From: a virus | Strand: one strand, 5' to 3' | DNA length: 64,000 nt | Virus record (IMG/VR): IMGVR_UViG_3300047510_002187 | Coordinates: 31,073 to 95,072 of that record | Part shown: positions 1 through 8,790 of the stretch, in pieces | How positions within the stretch are numbered: position 1 is the stretch's first letter | Layout of the letters: each line of letters opens with the position of its first letter | Notes under the pieces: generated by a model | What the model saw: only the letters and a program-made list of their open reading frames with translations | What the model was told of the DNA's origin: nothing | The model's database searches: none | Made by a program: the position numbers and the translations under genes

Positions 1-50
1 GGGCATTTAAGGATTGGATTGTTCTTGCAAACATTGCAGAACATCTAAAT

Positions 51-305
51 GTGTCTCAAACGACATTAAATTTAATCTCATTTGATAATGATTGTTTTGT
101 TCGTGCTGTAGTTGCAGAAAATCCTAATTGTCCTTCAGGAATTCTTCAACGGTTATCCACAGACAACACTTCAATGGTAAGGTCTAAAGTGTGGAAAAAC
201 CCAAATACAAAGGAAGATGATTTGGTGACAATTAAAGCAATGAAATGGATGAATAGAACAACCAAATCATTTAACTCCTGGATAGGAGACACTCGCAATG
301 ACTGA
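51..305 (+). CDS. LRV-like (leucine-rich-repeat-variant/HEAT-like) repeat protein; may be 5'-truncated by the window edge
   Basis: Motif NPNCPSGILQRLSTDNTSMVRSKVWKNPNT fits the VRxxAAxNPxxP...L..L LRV repeat; family shared with ORFs at 1919-3035. Confidence 0.4.
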   Translation: MSQTTLNLISFDNDCFVRAVVAENPNCPSGILQRLSTDNTSMVRSKVWKNPNTKEDDLVTIKAMKWMNRTTKSFNSWIGDTRND

Positions 306-600
306 ACCCACCACAATCAAAGAGGTGTTTCAACTTCTTAATCAATGCCCTACATTTCGTCTAAAAGAAGCAGTAGAAGAAATTATGGAGCATATTGATG
401 AATTTGAAGAAGATGAGAATGACTTTTATTCCATTAGTTTTTCATATCTTATATTTCAATACATTCAAAAGGATTTAATTAGGGGTATTATTTACTCTAT
501 ACCTCTCCACCAATATGAGAAACTATCAGTCAAAACTAAAGACAAAATGCATCTAATTCTTAAATCTTATCATTTTTGCAATGTTGTATCCCAATCATAA
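298..600 (+). CDS. hypothetical protein (MTEP start at an ATGACTGA junction)
   Basis: ORF track; 8-nt stop-start overlap with the upstream gene. Confidence 0.4.
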   Translation: MTEPTTIKEVFQLLNQCPTFRLKEAVEEIMEHIDEFEEDENDFYSISFSYLIFQYIQKDLIRGIIYSIPLHQYEKLSVKTKDKMHLILKSYHFCNVVSQS

Positions 601-967
601 AATTGAAAACATCTTCAAATTAGTGCATAAAACCCAAGACCCAAAAGACATACAGTGGGTCATTGATAATTTGGGTAAATTTAATTACTCACCAAAAAAT
701 TCTTACAGAGATGAAGATGAGTTTAATTTTTATTATTATGATTGCAGTTATTCTAATCTAATTAATTTTATTATTGCAAAAACTGTCGCAACAGAAGAAC
801 AGAAAGATTATTTGCATCTCTTGCGTAAAGCAGAGACCTTTATTTCAAGAAATGATTATGGTGTTACTAACTTATTACCAAATACTTTTTATTTTTTGAA
901 TTGCTTGCAATTATCTAAAAAATCATCATTTGATTACTTAAAGAATCCATTTGAAGAACCCAGTTGA
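581..967 (+). CDS. hypothetical protein
   Basis: ORF track; overlaps the upstream gene end. Confidence 0.35.
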   Translation: MLYPNHKIENIFKLVHKTQDPKDIQWVIDNLGKFNYSPKNSYRDEDEFNFYYYDCSYSNLINFIIAKTVATEEQKDYLHLLRKAETFISRNDYGVTNLLPNTFYFLNCLQLSKKSSFDYLKNPFEEPS

Positions 968-989
968 TTTAGACGATAAGACACTTTCC

Positions 990-1036
990 AAACCGTCACA
1001 AGACCCTTCCCTTTCTCACTGATTTTCTGTTAAACT
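990..1036 (+). promoter_or_regulatory. intergenic promoter cassette (aaaCCGTCACA box, 30-nt spacer, -10-like TAAACT)
   Basis: Box 990-1000; fixed 30-nt spacing to the -10-like hexamer; member of a family of about 30 cassettes. Confidence 0.45.
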
Positions 1037-1058
1037 ACTACCAAGTAATTCAACTATT

Positions 1059-1919
1059 ATGACCGCACCTAAATCCCCTGTTGAACTTTCTGTTGATTTT
1101 AACACCAATCTGGATGCAATTCTTACTTATGTAAAAGAACCTATTACTGATAAAATTCAGGACTTTTTCAACACTCCTTCATTCAAGAAGTATTTTGGTT
1201 CCAAGAAAATCAATGAACTTGTGCCGTTCTATACTTCAGTCAATTATATCAATAACATTGCATTTGTAAATCAAGTGTGGAATGATGTTCCAGTAGATTA
1301 TTTCCAGACCTACGAAAAAATCCTGGAAATTTATGAACTCTACAACTGTGTAAAACCAGAAGTAAGGGACTGGATGAAAGACCAGATGACCTCTACGACT
1401 TTCCTGCATATGGTTCAAACTTATTATGATAAGGAAGGTCTCCAGAAGACAGACAATATAATTGCAGATACTTTCAAACAGATGGTTCAACTGGTTTCTC
1501 GTAAAGAAACCATCACTCGTCCTCGTCGTTGGAGGTTGGAAGAGTTCCACGACCATATGTCTCATCTTTATATTGTCTCTACCACAACCAATAAGGAACA
1601 TAAGAAAGAGTTCATTCCTCTACCGATTGAGAAGAACTCTTATAAAATCTATGAACCTAACGATACTCTGGAACTCACACTCTGGGGTAAGAGAGTGCGG
1701 AATTGTGTTGCATCTTATGAGGATAAAATCCTTGGAGAACGCAGTGCAATCTTCCTGATTGAGAAGGAGAACAAACCAACCTATACCTTTGAGTTGGACT
1801 ACAATGCACTCAAGAAAGGTCAGGTTCAGGTGAAACAGTGCGTGGGAATTGGTAACTCTTCAATTCCAGTTGAAGAACGCAAAGAGGTAGAGGAACTGAT
1901 TTCTTCTGTTGTTGGGTGA
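1059..1919 (+). CDS. hypothetical protein (286 aa)
   Basis: Long ORF immediately downstream of the cassette. Confidence 0.5.
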   Translation: MTAPKSPVELSVDFNTNLDAILTYVKEPITDKIQDFFNTPSFKKYFGSKKINELVPFYTSVNYINNIAFVNQVWNDVPVDYFQTYEKILEIYELYNCVKPEVRDWMKDQMTSTTFLHMVQTYYDKEGLQKTDNIIADTFKQMVQLVSRKETITRPRRWRLEEFHDHMSHLYIVSTTTNKEHKKEFIPLPIEKNSYKIYEPNDTLELTLWGKRVRNCVASYEDKILGERSAIFLIEKENKPTYTFELDYNALKKGQVQVKQCVGIGNSSIPVEERKEVEELISSVVG

Positions 1920-2071
1920 TGGAAGATACAGAAGAATTAATATTATTACTTCGTTTTGCTGTAAGTGAGCACTATTTTTATAGGTATTATGCACAGCATC
2001 ATTATAAATCAACAGAAGAAATCGTTCTCACTGCAAAAGCAATGGATTTTATTGAAGGTCTGGTGAGATAA
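1919..2071 (+). CDS. micro-ORF paralog A (50 aa) ending ..STEEIVLTAKAMDFIEGL
   Basis: Hand-translated; ATGA overlap with the upstream stop; shares the C-terminal STEEI.L.AKAM.F.E.L motif with three following micro-ORFs; below the 60-aa track cutoff. Confidence 0.4.
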   Translation: MEDTEELILLLRFAVSEHYFYRYYAQHHYKSTEEIVLTAKAMDFIEGLVR

Positions 2072-2232
2072 TGGAAAATGAAATCTTGTATTGGATAAAG
2101 TTAAAAAGTGATTTAATAAATTGTGCTTTATCTAAAAACTCATATTTTAGACATTATGCACTACATCATTATGCATCAACAGAAGAAATCATTTTACTAG
2201 CAAAAGCAATGAACTTCTTGGAGAGTTTATGA
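2071..2232 (+). CDS. micro-ORF paralog B (53 aa) ending ..STEEIILLAKAMNFLESL
   Basis: Hand-translated; TAATG overlap upstream, ATGA overlap downstream. Confidence 0.4.
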   Translation: MENEILYWIKLKSDLINCALSKNSYFRHYALHHYASTEEIILLAKAMNFLESL

Positions 2233-2447
2233 CCTACTATTTGTTTAAGAGTTTAATTCCTTATGTTAAACTTGAACGCACAAGAAAATGGTTGATGCAA
2301 CTTGCTACCTCCAGTTCTTATTTGAATAGGAAAATTGCAGAAAACCACCCACATTCAACAGAAGAAATCATATTAACAGTAAAGGCAAAGAGGTGGGTAG
2401 ATAGTTATTCATATAGGTCTCAATTAGTAATAGAAGATGACTATTAA
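2229..2447 (+). CDS. micro-ORF paralog C (72 aa) with STEEIILTVKAKRW motif
   Basis: ORF track; same motif family. Confidence 0.45.
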   Translation: MTYYLFKSLIPYVKLERTRKWLMQLATSSSYLNRKIAENHPHSTEEIILTVKAKRWVDSYSYRSQLVIEDDY

Positions 2448-2586
2448 AGAATTGATTTTGAAACTTGCATATTCTAAAAATTTCTATGATAGAAATCGTG
2501 CAATACATTTCTCTTATTGTTATCCGGATTTAGAAGAAACTGTTTATTTAAGAACAAAAGCAATGGATTTTGTGGAGACCTTATGA
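2437..2586 (+). CDS. micro-ORF paralog D (49 aa) ending ..EETVYLRTKAMDFVETL
   Basis: Hand-translated; stop overlaps the ATG of the next gene (ATGA at 2583). Confidence 0.4.
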   Translation: MTIKELILKLAYSKNFYDRNRAIHFSYCYPDLEETVYLRTKAMDFVETL

Positions 2587-3035
2587 ATAAGATACTCAAG
2601 TTTCTTAAACAGTGTTATTGGTTCTTGTGGTATTATGATTATGGTTTTACTTATTCCTTAAAAAGTCCATTAGACATTACGCACAATCCCAATTCATCAA
2701 CGAAAGAATTGGAAGTAATCTTCAGTAGATTAAATCACTTATCTTACATTCGTAGTTCTATTGCAAGGCATCCTAATGCATCTTCTAAAATCATAGAGGA
2801 AATTTATGAACTTAATACAGACCCACATTTGTATTATTTGATTGCAAACAATAGAAACACTAATGTAAAAGTCTTGGAAAATATTATATTTAAAATTAGT
2901 GATGTGTATTGGAATGTTGATAGACTACTTATTAAGAATAGAATTCTCCAACATCCTAACTGCACCGAAGACCTTGCCTTATTGATTAAAGCATATGAAT
3001 TTACAAGAAATTATATCTATTCCTTATCCAAGTGA
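2583..3035 (+). CDS. LRV-like repeat protein (151 aa; start revised from track 2517)
   Basis: ATG 2583 overlaps the stop of paralog D; the track's 5' extension reads through the paralog D C-terminus in another frame; motifs IARHPNASSKIIEEIY and ILQHPNCTEDLALLI. Confidence 0.45.
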   Translation: MNKILKFLKQCYWFLWYYDYGFTYSLKSPLDITHNPNSSTKELEVIFSRLNHLSYIRSSIARHPNASSKIIEEIYELNTDPHLYYLIANNRNTNVKVLENIIFKISDVYWNVDRLLIKNRILQHPNCTEDLALLIKAYEFTRNYIYSLSK

Positions 3036-3249
3036 AAATGAACTTCTTTATATTTTAGACAAAAGTAGTTCCGTAATGTCTTCGTTGGAAGAACTTAATA
3101 TTCTTGTGGATTATTGTTTTACGGATAAATTATGGAGTTACTTTGGAGCATTACTTGTCCAAAACATAAAAGAAAATCCTGCATGTGATGAAGAATTATT
3201 TTTGAAAATTAAATCACTTATTAGAGGAGATATTGAAGGATGGATTTAA
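2995..3249 (+). CDS. tandem paralog 1 of 3 (84 aa; SLEELNILVDYC...ENPACDEELFLKIKSL)
   Basis: ORF track; clear similarity to the next two ORFs. Confidence 0.5.
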   Translation: MNLQEIISIPYPSENELLYILDKSSSVMSSLEELNILVDYCFTDKLWSYFGALLVQNIKENPACDEELFLKIKSLIRGDIEGWI

Positions 3250-3497
3250 AAGAAATCTTACTTAAAGAATACATATCAATTAAAGAAGCAATATTCATTG
3301 GAGATAGAAGTCGTTATGGGTCTTCACTAGAGGAATTAAACCTTATTTTAAATTTTTGCGGTTCCAATGAAAGAGTAGGTTTAATTAGTACAGAAGGATT
3401 GTTAGAAAACCTCAAAAGAAATCCCGCAAGTGATGAGGAGTTACTTTTAAAAATCAAAGCACTTACTAAAGTGAATGAACTTACACGAAATCTTTAA
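3240..3497 (+). CDS. tandem paralog 2 of 3 (85 aa)
   Basis: SLEELNLILNFC...RNPASDEELLLKIKAL. Confidence 0.5.
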   Translation: MDLKEILLKEYISIKEAIFIGDRSRYGSSLEELNLILNFCGSNERVGLISTEGLLENLKRNPASDEELLLKIKALTKVNELTRNL

Positions 3498-3735
3498 TAA
3501 TCCAAATCCATCTTTTAGTGAGTTGTCTTATGTATATCAAAAAAGTTATTCTATGTTTTCTACAACAGAAGAACTGAATATTATTTTAGATTATTCATTT
3601 AAAAATCTAAAGAGTGTAACCGCAAGAACTTTCATTCAACATATCAGGGAAAACCCCGCAAGTGATGAGAATATACTTTTAAGAATTAAAGCAATGTTTT
3701 ATTACTACCGGACACTCTCCAAACCGTCACAATGA
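3475..3735 (+). CDS. tandem paralog 3 of 3 (86 aa); C-terminus reads through the promoter box
   Basis: TTEELNIILDYS...ENPASDENILLRIKAM. Confidence 0.5.
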   Translation: MNLHEIFNNPNPSFSELSYVYQKSYSMFSTTEELNIILDYSFKNLKSVTARTFIQHIRENPASDENILLRIKAMFYYYRTLSKPSQ

Positions 3736-3767
3736 CCTTGAGGTATCCAAGGAACCTGTGATACAAT
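3721..3767 (+). promoter_or_regulatory. promoter cassette (aaaCCGTCACA ... TACAAT)
   Basis: Box 3721-3731, hairpin ccttgaggtatccaagg, -10-like 3762-3767. Confidence 0.45.
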
Positions 3768-3791
3768 AATACCACTGATAACTCCTTGATA

Positions 3792-4250
3792 ATGATTGAT
3801 GCCTCGTTGATTGCACAACCTTCGTATTTGAAGAATTCTATTCTCAATCAAGTCATTGCAGTTGCAAAAGCATCTAATGCACCTAAAAAGATGGGTGCAA
3901 TTTTGTTGGATAAAAGAAATAAATTGATTTCTTCGGGCATTAATTCTTATGAGAACACGCATACTCAACAGTTTTATGCTGCAGTAATGGCGGCAAATAA
4001 GTATAAGGACAAGAGTTTGCGTCTCAAGACATATCTTCATTGTGAAATCAATTGTATCCTGAAAGCACAAAAACCTGGGAATAAACTTGTGATTTGTAGG
4101 GTGGGAGGTCACGGTGGTAATGATTTGAGAAATAGTTTCTGTTGTAGAATTTGCTACAACTACATCATTACCAATTGTCCTACAATTAAAGAAATTCATT
4201 GGAGCACTAATGACCAAGATTTTAAATACATTAAACTACAGGACACTTGA
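3792..4250 (+). CDS. dCMP deaminase-like zinc-dependent CDA-fold deaminase
   Basis: HCEINCI (H[AC]E motif) and CCRIC (PCxxC-like) zinc-ligand motifs; N-terminal region typical of dCMP deaminase; track start at 3786 is a TTG, first ATG is 3792. Confidence 0.55.
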   Translation: MIDASLIAQPSYLKNSILNQVIAVAKASNAPKKMGAILLDKRNKLISSGINSYENTHTQQFYAAVMAANKYKDKSLRLKTYLHCEINCILKAQKPGNKLVICRVGGHGGNDLRNSFCCRICYNYIITNCPTIKEIHWSTNDQDFKYIKLQDT

Positions 4251-4298
4251 GAAACCGTCACACTACCTCTTGTGGGGTGGTGGATTTTGTGTTATGAT
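4251..4298 (+). promoter_or_regulatory. promoter cassette (gaaaCCGTCACA, 30 nt, TATGAT)
   Basis: Near-identical copy at 16586-16633; leader ends aacttATGACTGAA. Confidence 0.5.
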
Positions 4299-4319
4299 AT
4301 GAGTAATCAAAGAAAACTT

Positions 4320-4547
4320 ATGACTGAACAACGCAAACTATGTAAAGATTGTCTCTATTATGAGAAAAGTTGGTTAGGACATCTTTTTGGGAGCAACTCA
4401 CTTGATAAATGTTACAACCCAATCATAACTGGTGATATGGTGACTGGAGACAAAAAAGGTAAGTTGTGTAAAGATGCTAGAGAATATGAGATGTATTGTG
4501 GTAGAAATGGTAGGTATTTTGAACAACTATGGGGGGATAGGAAATGA
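4320..4547 (+). CDS. Cys-rich small protein (MTEQRKLCKDC...), paralog of 23088-23332
   Basis: Start revised to the ATGACTGAA after the promoter leader; shared LCKDC..Y....C...TG.V....LC...YCG pattern. Confidence 0.45.
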   Translation: MTEQRKLCKDCLYYEKSWLGHLFGSNSLDKCYNPIITGDMVTGDKKGKLCKDAREYEMYCGRNGRYFEQLWGDRK

Positions 4548-4801
4548 CCGACAAACACCTTCTACAAAAATCTGCAGGAAAGGCAGGTGAAATATTAGGT
4601 CTCATTCAGTGGTATGATGACTTAAAGTTTCTTCTCATTTGGTCTCAACTTTCTAATCTAATGGGACACGACGAAGTTTTAATGCACCACTGGATGCAAA
4701 CACCAAATAAACATCTGGATGGTAAGGTTCCTGCAAATCTTATTACCACTGATAAAGGCACAGAACAACTTCTTTCACTTCTTGATTATTATTCCCAATG
4801 A
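4544..4801 (+). CDS. hypothetical protein
   Basis: ORF track, ATGA-coupled. Confidence 0.35.
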   Translation: MTDKHLLQKSAGKAGEILGLIQWYDDLKFLLIWSQLSNLMGHDEVLMHHWMQTPNKHLDGKVPANLITTDKGTEQLLSLLDYYSQ

Positions 4802-5052
4802 AACAACTAATTGCTATTATTGCTCTTTGTTTTCTTCTTGCATCTTGCAATGGAAATGCAACATCAACCACAATTCTTGAGGAACAAGGATACACCAATG
4901 TAGAAATTACTGGATTTAATCCTTTTGCTTGTAGTCAAGACGATATGTATCGTCTCAACTTCACTGCAACAAGTCCTAATGGAACTCCAGTGAGAGGTGT
5001 CGTTTGTTCTGCACCTTTGAAGGGTTACACTATTCGTTTCTTTCCTAAATGA
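4798..5052 (+). CDS. putative lipoprotein (signal peptide with LLASC lipobox)
   Basis: MKQLIAIIALCFLLASCNG N-terminus. Confidence 0.45.
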   Translation: MKQLIAIIALCFLLASCNGNATSTTILEEQGYTNVEITGFNPFACSQDDMYRLNFTATSPNGTPVRGVVCSAPLKGYTIRFFPK

Positions 5053-5498
5053 TGACTAAAAAATACACACTCACCATCACTGAAAAACAAGCAAAAGCAC
5101 TGATGGATGCCTGCAACCTCTTACAAAGAATTCAGTTAGGTCAGGTTAGAGAAATTGAAGATAATCTTCCCCTTAAGAAACCAATTGACTATGAACAATT
5201 TCATAACGATATGAGATTGATTGGTTCAATTCTTTCTCAACATATGATTGATAACATTGACGGTAGTGCATCTTCACTGGGTATCGGTCATCCAGACCTT
5301 CCAGAAAGTAATGGAATTCTTTATGACCTTTATAAAGTGATTGAACATAAACTTTCATGGGAACGAGCAGTGGAAGAAGGTGTGGTTGAGAGTGAAAATT
5401 CTCCAAGAAATTGGAATAAAATGTTAGGTGTTAATTATGATGCACCTATGCGATGGGGGACCGAAAAATTAGCAACAATGGAGAGAGTGAATGACTGA
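5049..5498 (+). CDS. hypothetical protein
   Basis: ORF track; ends ..ND* at an ATGACTGA junction. Confidence 0.4.
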   Translation: MMTKKYTLTITEKQAKALMDACNLLQRIQLGQVREIEDNLPLKKPIDYEQFHNDMRLIGSILSQHMIDNIDGSASSLGIGHPDLPESNGILYDLYKVIEHKLSWERAVEEGVVESENSPRNWNKMLGVNYDAPMRWGTEKLATMERVND

Positions 5499-5778
5499 AG
5501 ACCATTTCACTTGTTATGTTGTTGATTATTTTGGGACTGGAGAAGGTAGAACCATTTTTATAATGGTCAGTTCTCATTGGGACAAAGGTGAAATTCTTGA
5601 GAACTTTAAGTCCTTTTTAGGAACTCCACATTACTATGGTGGTATTGATGAGTTCCCTGAAAAAGTATTTCTTGAAAAATATGGTGATTATGTTCCTTAT
5701 AAGATTAGGAAAATGATGAAAGAAAAAGAAACCTCATTCTTCACATTTCAACAAAAATTCCACTTTAGTTATTGTTGA
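5491..5778 (+). CDS. hypothetical protein (MTED start)
   Basis: ORF track. Confidence 0.4.
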   Translation: MTEDHFTCYVVDYFGTGEGRTIFIMVSSHWDKGEILENFKSFLGTPHYYGGIDEFPEKVFLEKYGDYVPYKIRKMMKEKETSFFTFQQKFHFSYC

Positions 5779-5788
5779 GGACACTAAA

Positions 5789-6316
5789 ATGAACCTTGAC
5801 CAATTTGTAAATCGTAAAGTTACAGTAAGATTTAGAAATGGTTTTACTGCAACTGGAACACTATTTCGTTCTCCTTATGCTAAAGATTACCCCTACATTT
5901 TTGAAAATAATTTTTATACCAGACGTGGTGAGATTTTAATTGATAAATTAAGCAAATATGATATTGTATCCATTCAACCTACAGTTGTGTCCATTCAAAC
6001 CACAGAAGAACCCAAAATGACTGAACCAAACTATGAGGAAATTGCTGCGGAATTTTACGATGCATTCAATCAAACTTTCGGCAATAAAACCGAACGACAA
6101 ATTGCAATTTTAAAGAAATACGAAAAATTCCATAAACCCAAACTGACTTATGTTAGTTGTATTGCGGGGGATAAATTTGTTTATGATGGTAAAGATTATG
6201 CACTGATTGGTAGGTTTTGGTATAGAATTCAAAGGACTGTATTGACTTTTGTTGAAGATGATAAACTTGCAGAAGAACTAATTGCTGCATATAGTGAATG
6301 GGAGAAATCACGATGA
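5789..6316 (+). CDS. two-domain fusion protein (domain A shared with 22095-22583; domain B shared with 35396-35713)
   Basis: N-terminus NLDQFVNRKVTVRFRNG matches IDLSQFVDKKVRVTFRN; in-frame internal ATGACTGAA at 6017 marks the domain B start (MTEPNYEEIAAEFY vs MTEEINYKELCEEFY). Confidence 0.5.
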   Translation: MNLDQFVNRKVTVRFRNGFTATGTLFRSPYAKDYPYIFENNFYTRRGEILIDKLSKYDIVSIQPTVVSIQTTEEPKMTEPNYEEIAAEFYDAFNQTFGNKTERQIAILKKYEKFHKPKLTYVSCIAGDKFVYDGKDYALIGRFWYRIQRTVLTFVEDDKLAEELIAAYSEWEKSR

Positions 6317-6576
6317 GAAAACCATTTTTGCTTATTGCGGGAGATGCTTACTATCCCTCATCAGGCACTGGTGATTGGATTGACTGTTTTGAAACTTATG
6401 AAGAAGCAAAGGAACAAATAGAATTCAAACAACATCACACCTATTACACCAAAGGTAAAAACAAAGGAGAAATCAAATCCACTCACGAAACTTATGTTGT
6501 AAAGGGTGGGACTTATGGTGATAGGAATTGTGATTGGTGGGACATTATAGATTTACGAGAGTGGTGCGATAGATGA
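6298..6576 (+). CDS. hypothetical protein
   Basis: ORF track. Confidence 0.35.
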   Translation: MGEITMRKPFLLIAGDAYYPSSGTGDWIDCFETYEEAKEQIEFKQHHTYYTKGKNKGEIKSTHETYVVKGGTYGDRNCDWWDIIDLREWCDR

Positions 6577-6758
6577 AAATCCAAATAGAACAAGATTGCA
6601 CTGGAACTGGTAGGTTTCAGTGGAACTTACAAACTGGTCCTGAACACATTGACCTATTCTCTGGATATGCTGATACTCTTGGAGAAGCATTTGAGGAAAT
6701 TGTAAGAATGGAAACACTAAACGCAACTAATTACTTTGATGGTGGTAAAAATGAGTAA
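6573..6758 (+). CDS. hypothetical protein
   Basis: ORF track. Confidence 0.35.
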   Translation: MKIQIEQDCTGTGRFQWNLQTGPEHIDLFSGYADTLGEAFEEIVRMETLNATNYFDGGKNE

Positions 6759-6960
6759 AAACCGACCAGAATACATCAAGTGCATTCAACACACTCACGC
6801 AGATAAACTTAAAACATCTTGGTGTGGAGAAAAACTACATAATTTTGATATTCCATTCCAAGATATTGACCACGCAACTTATAGTGTGATGAATGGAGGA
6901 CGATTGGTTCCTTGTCCTGATTGTGTAAATGTTATTATGGAGATTTTGAAAAATGAGTGA
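6751..6960 (+). CDS. zinc-ribbon-like small protein (CPDC)
   Basis: Start revised to the ATG overlapping the upstream stop; C..C....CPDC. Confidence 0.35.
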   Translation: MSKNRPEYIKCIQHTHADKLKTSWCGEKLHNFDIPFQDIDHATYSVMNGGRLVPCPDCVNVIMEILKNE

Positions 6961-7108
6961 CGACCGAAATCTGAAGCAGGAACTTTGTTATTCTAATTAT
7001 ATTGATATGGAAGATGGGAATAATATTGAAAGTATTGACTATGATTGTCTTATTGGATTACTCAAAGAAATTCTAACTCGTATTGAAAAACTGGAGGAAC
7101 AAAAATGA
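6953..7108 (+). CDS. hypothetical small protein (51 aa)
   Basis: Hand-translated, below track cutoff; ends in an ATGACTGA junction with the next gene. Confidence 0.3.
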   Translation: MSDDRNLKQELCYSNYIDMEDGNNIESIDYDCLIGLLKEILTRIEKLEEQK

Positions 7109-7299
7109 CTGAAGAAGAAACTTTTACTCTTACACTAAATAAAAATCAAATTTCTTATCTTGTTCATTGCATTTACGGTATGTACTCTTATGATGGAAGT
7201 AATGAGTTTTGGAGTGAAAATGGAAAATACAATTTGTCTCCAGAAGAATGCACCAAAGTTAATGAGATGTTACAGGGGAAAGTAAATAATGATTTCTGA
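7105..7299 (+). CDS. hypothetical protein (MTEEE start)
   Basis: ORF track. Confidence 0.35.
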   Translation: MTEEETFTLTLNKNQISYLVHCIYGMYSYDGSNEFWSENGKYNLSPEECTKVNEMLQGKVNNDF

Positions 7300-7552
7300 A
7301 GAAGAAAACGACAAGAGATTGAAAGATATTCTCCGTGTAATGGATGAATACTTTGAAGAAAACAAACCTCCAACACTTTATGAAGAATTGATGACCTGGT
7401 ATCAAACTCATAATGCGATACAATCTTCTCATGATATTGTGAGTGAGATTGTAAAAATTGTAAGGGACTGGATGCCTAAAGAAGACCCCAAATCTCCACC
7501 TTATGATGGATGGACGAAATGTGTGAGACATATGCACAAGAGATTGAAGTGA
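7289..7552 (+). CDS. hypothetical protein
   Basis: ORF track. Confidence 0.35.
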   Translation: MISEEENDKRLKDILRVMDEYFEENKPPTLYEELMTWYQTHNAIQSSHDIVSEIVKIVRDWMPKEDPKSPPYDGWTKCVRHMHKRLK

Positions 7553-7974
7553 TTTCAGTTCAATCAATAAAAGAGAATACTTATAAGAACAGTTTGTTCG
7601 GTGATTTGTATTTCTTTTCAATTCATCACATTACAAATAAACCAAACCGAGATGTTTTCAAAAATGTCTCATCTAAAATCACAACTGATGAAGGAATGAC
7701 TGCCTGGTATGAACACGATGCAATTCATTATCTTTCACAACAACCATTTAATGAAAATGGAGAGAAATGTGTAAAGTTTATTGAAAAAAATCTCTGGAGA
7801 GGGTGGTTGCCTCACGGAGAAGAATTTAATGCTTGGGTTCCTGTAGAATGTGAGTATTCTCATATTACTCAAGAACTCATCACTGAAACTGCAAGATTAA
7901 TTCAACAATATCAAGAGAATTGGAAATATGACCCAACTTATGATTGGTCTAAAAGATATAGTCCAACCACTTAA
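7510..7974 (+). CDS. hypothetical protein (154 aa)
   Basis: ORF track. Confidence 0.4.
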   Translation: MDEMCETYAQEIEVISVQSIKENTYKNSLFGDLYFFSIHHITNKPNRDVFKNVSSKITTDEGMTAWYEHDAIHYLSQQPFNENGEKCVKFIEKNLWRGWLPHGEEFNAWVPVECEYSHITQELITETARLIQQYQENWKYDPTYDWSKRYSPTT

Positions 7975-8021
7975 GAAACCGTCCACTCCGCACCTCACAG
8001 GTTCCTGTGGGGTGTTATAAT
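7975..8021 (+). promoter_or_regulatory. promoter cassette (gaaaCCGTCCAC ... TATAAT)
   Basis: Box variant plus TATAAT at 8016-8021. Confidence 0.45.
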
Positions 8022-8045
8022 ACTATGAGAAACACAGAAACCCCT

Positions 8046-8384
8046 ATGACTATCACCGCAACACAAATTCTTGAGATGCTTGAGAAAGCACGACGACTTG
8101 GACTTAATTACGAAGTTTATGAAGACCCAGAGTGTAATTGTTATTTTATTGAATTTGTAGTAACTTGGTATGCTGACGAGATTGGTGGATGGTCTTATGA
8201 AAAAGTGTTCGTTAGTAAAGATAATGTAAGTGATGGATATGGTGGATGGGATGTTCTCTCCTGGATTAGTATGCTGGATGAAAAACTAAAACAAAAAGAA
8301 CAAAAAGAACTCAAAGAAGAAAAACGAAAGGCACTGATTGCGTCTCTTACTTTAGAGCAACGAGAATTGTTGGAGATTGAATGA
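8046..8384 (+). CDS. hypothetical protein (start moved downstream of the -10 element)
   Basis: The track start at 8007 lies upstream of or inside the -10 element; ATG 8046 (MTITATQ) is the first start after the predicted transcript start. Confidence 0.35.
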   Translation: MTITATQILEMLEKARRLGLNYEVYEDPECNCYFIEFVVTWYADEIGGWSYEKVFVSKDNVSDGYGGWDVLSWISMLDEKLKQKEQKELKEEKRKALIASLTLEQRELLEIE

Positions 8385-8578
8385 TGAACGATGATACTTG
8401 GATGATTTTTCCTTCCATTTTGATACTTGTTCTTCTTTCTGGTGCCTGGTATAATTTCGGTAGGCACATTGGAGGTTATGATGGTCGGGACAAAACAGTA
8501 GTTCTTTGTGTTGAAAAACCAGAACAATGCAAAGAGAGGTATGAATTCCTGAAACTTCGTGAAAAACTTGGAGAATAA
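8381..8578 (+). CDS. small membrane protein
   Basis: Hydrophobic segment IFPSILILVLLSGAWY. Confidence 0.35.
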   Translation: MMNDDTWMIFPSILILVLLSGAWYNFGRHIGGYDGRDKTVVLCVEKPEQCKERYEFLKLREKLGE

Positions 8579-8583
8579 ATGAA

Positions 8584-8790
8584 ATGAACTTAAAAGACAA
8601 ATACATTAGAGCACTACAAGAAACAGGATTTATCAAATCTACTCCTGAACTCATTGGAGAGTTTATTGGATTTTTGATTATTGTTGGTTTGATTGCCTGG
8701 GGGTTGGTTGCATTCTTCTCTCTTTCTTGGGGACAAGCACTCTTAATTTCTTGGATGTTTAATCAAATTATTGGAGTTCTTAGTAAATGA
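8584..8790 (+). CDS. small membrane protein (2 TM)
   Basis: IGFLIIVGLIAWGLVAFF. Confidence 0.35.
   Translation: MNLKDKYIRALQETGFIKSTPELIGEFIGFLIIVGLIAWGLVAFFSLSWGQALLISWMFNQIIGVLSK

Noticed and set aside
2517-3035. Track's longer 5' starts (for example 2517, 3786, 12826, 44872, 45074, 46307, 46633, 47649, 52008, 52484)
   Set aside because: Several first codons are TTG or GTG, or the extension runs through promoter cassettes, leaders or the previous gene in another frame. Starts were moved to the first ATG after the cassette leader or to the ATGA/ATGACTGA overlap.
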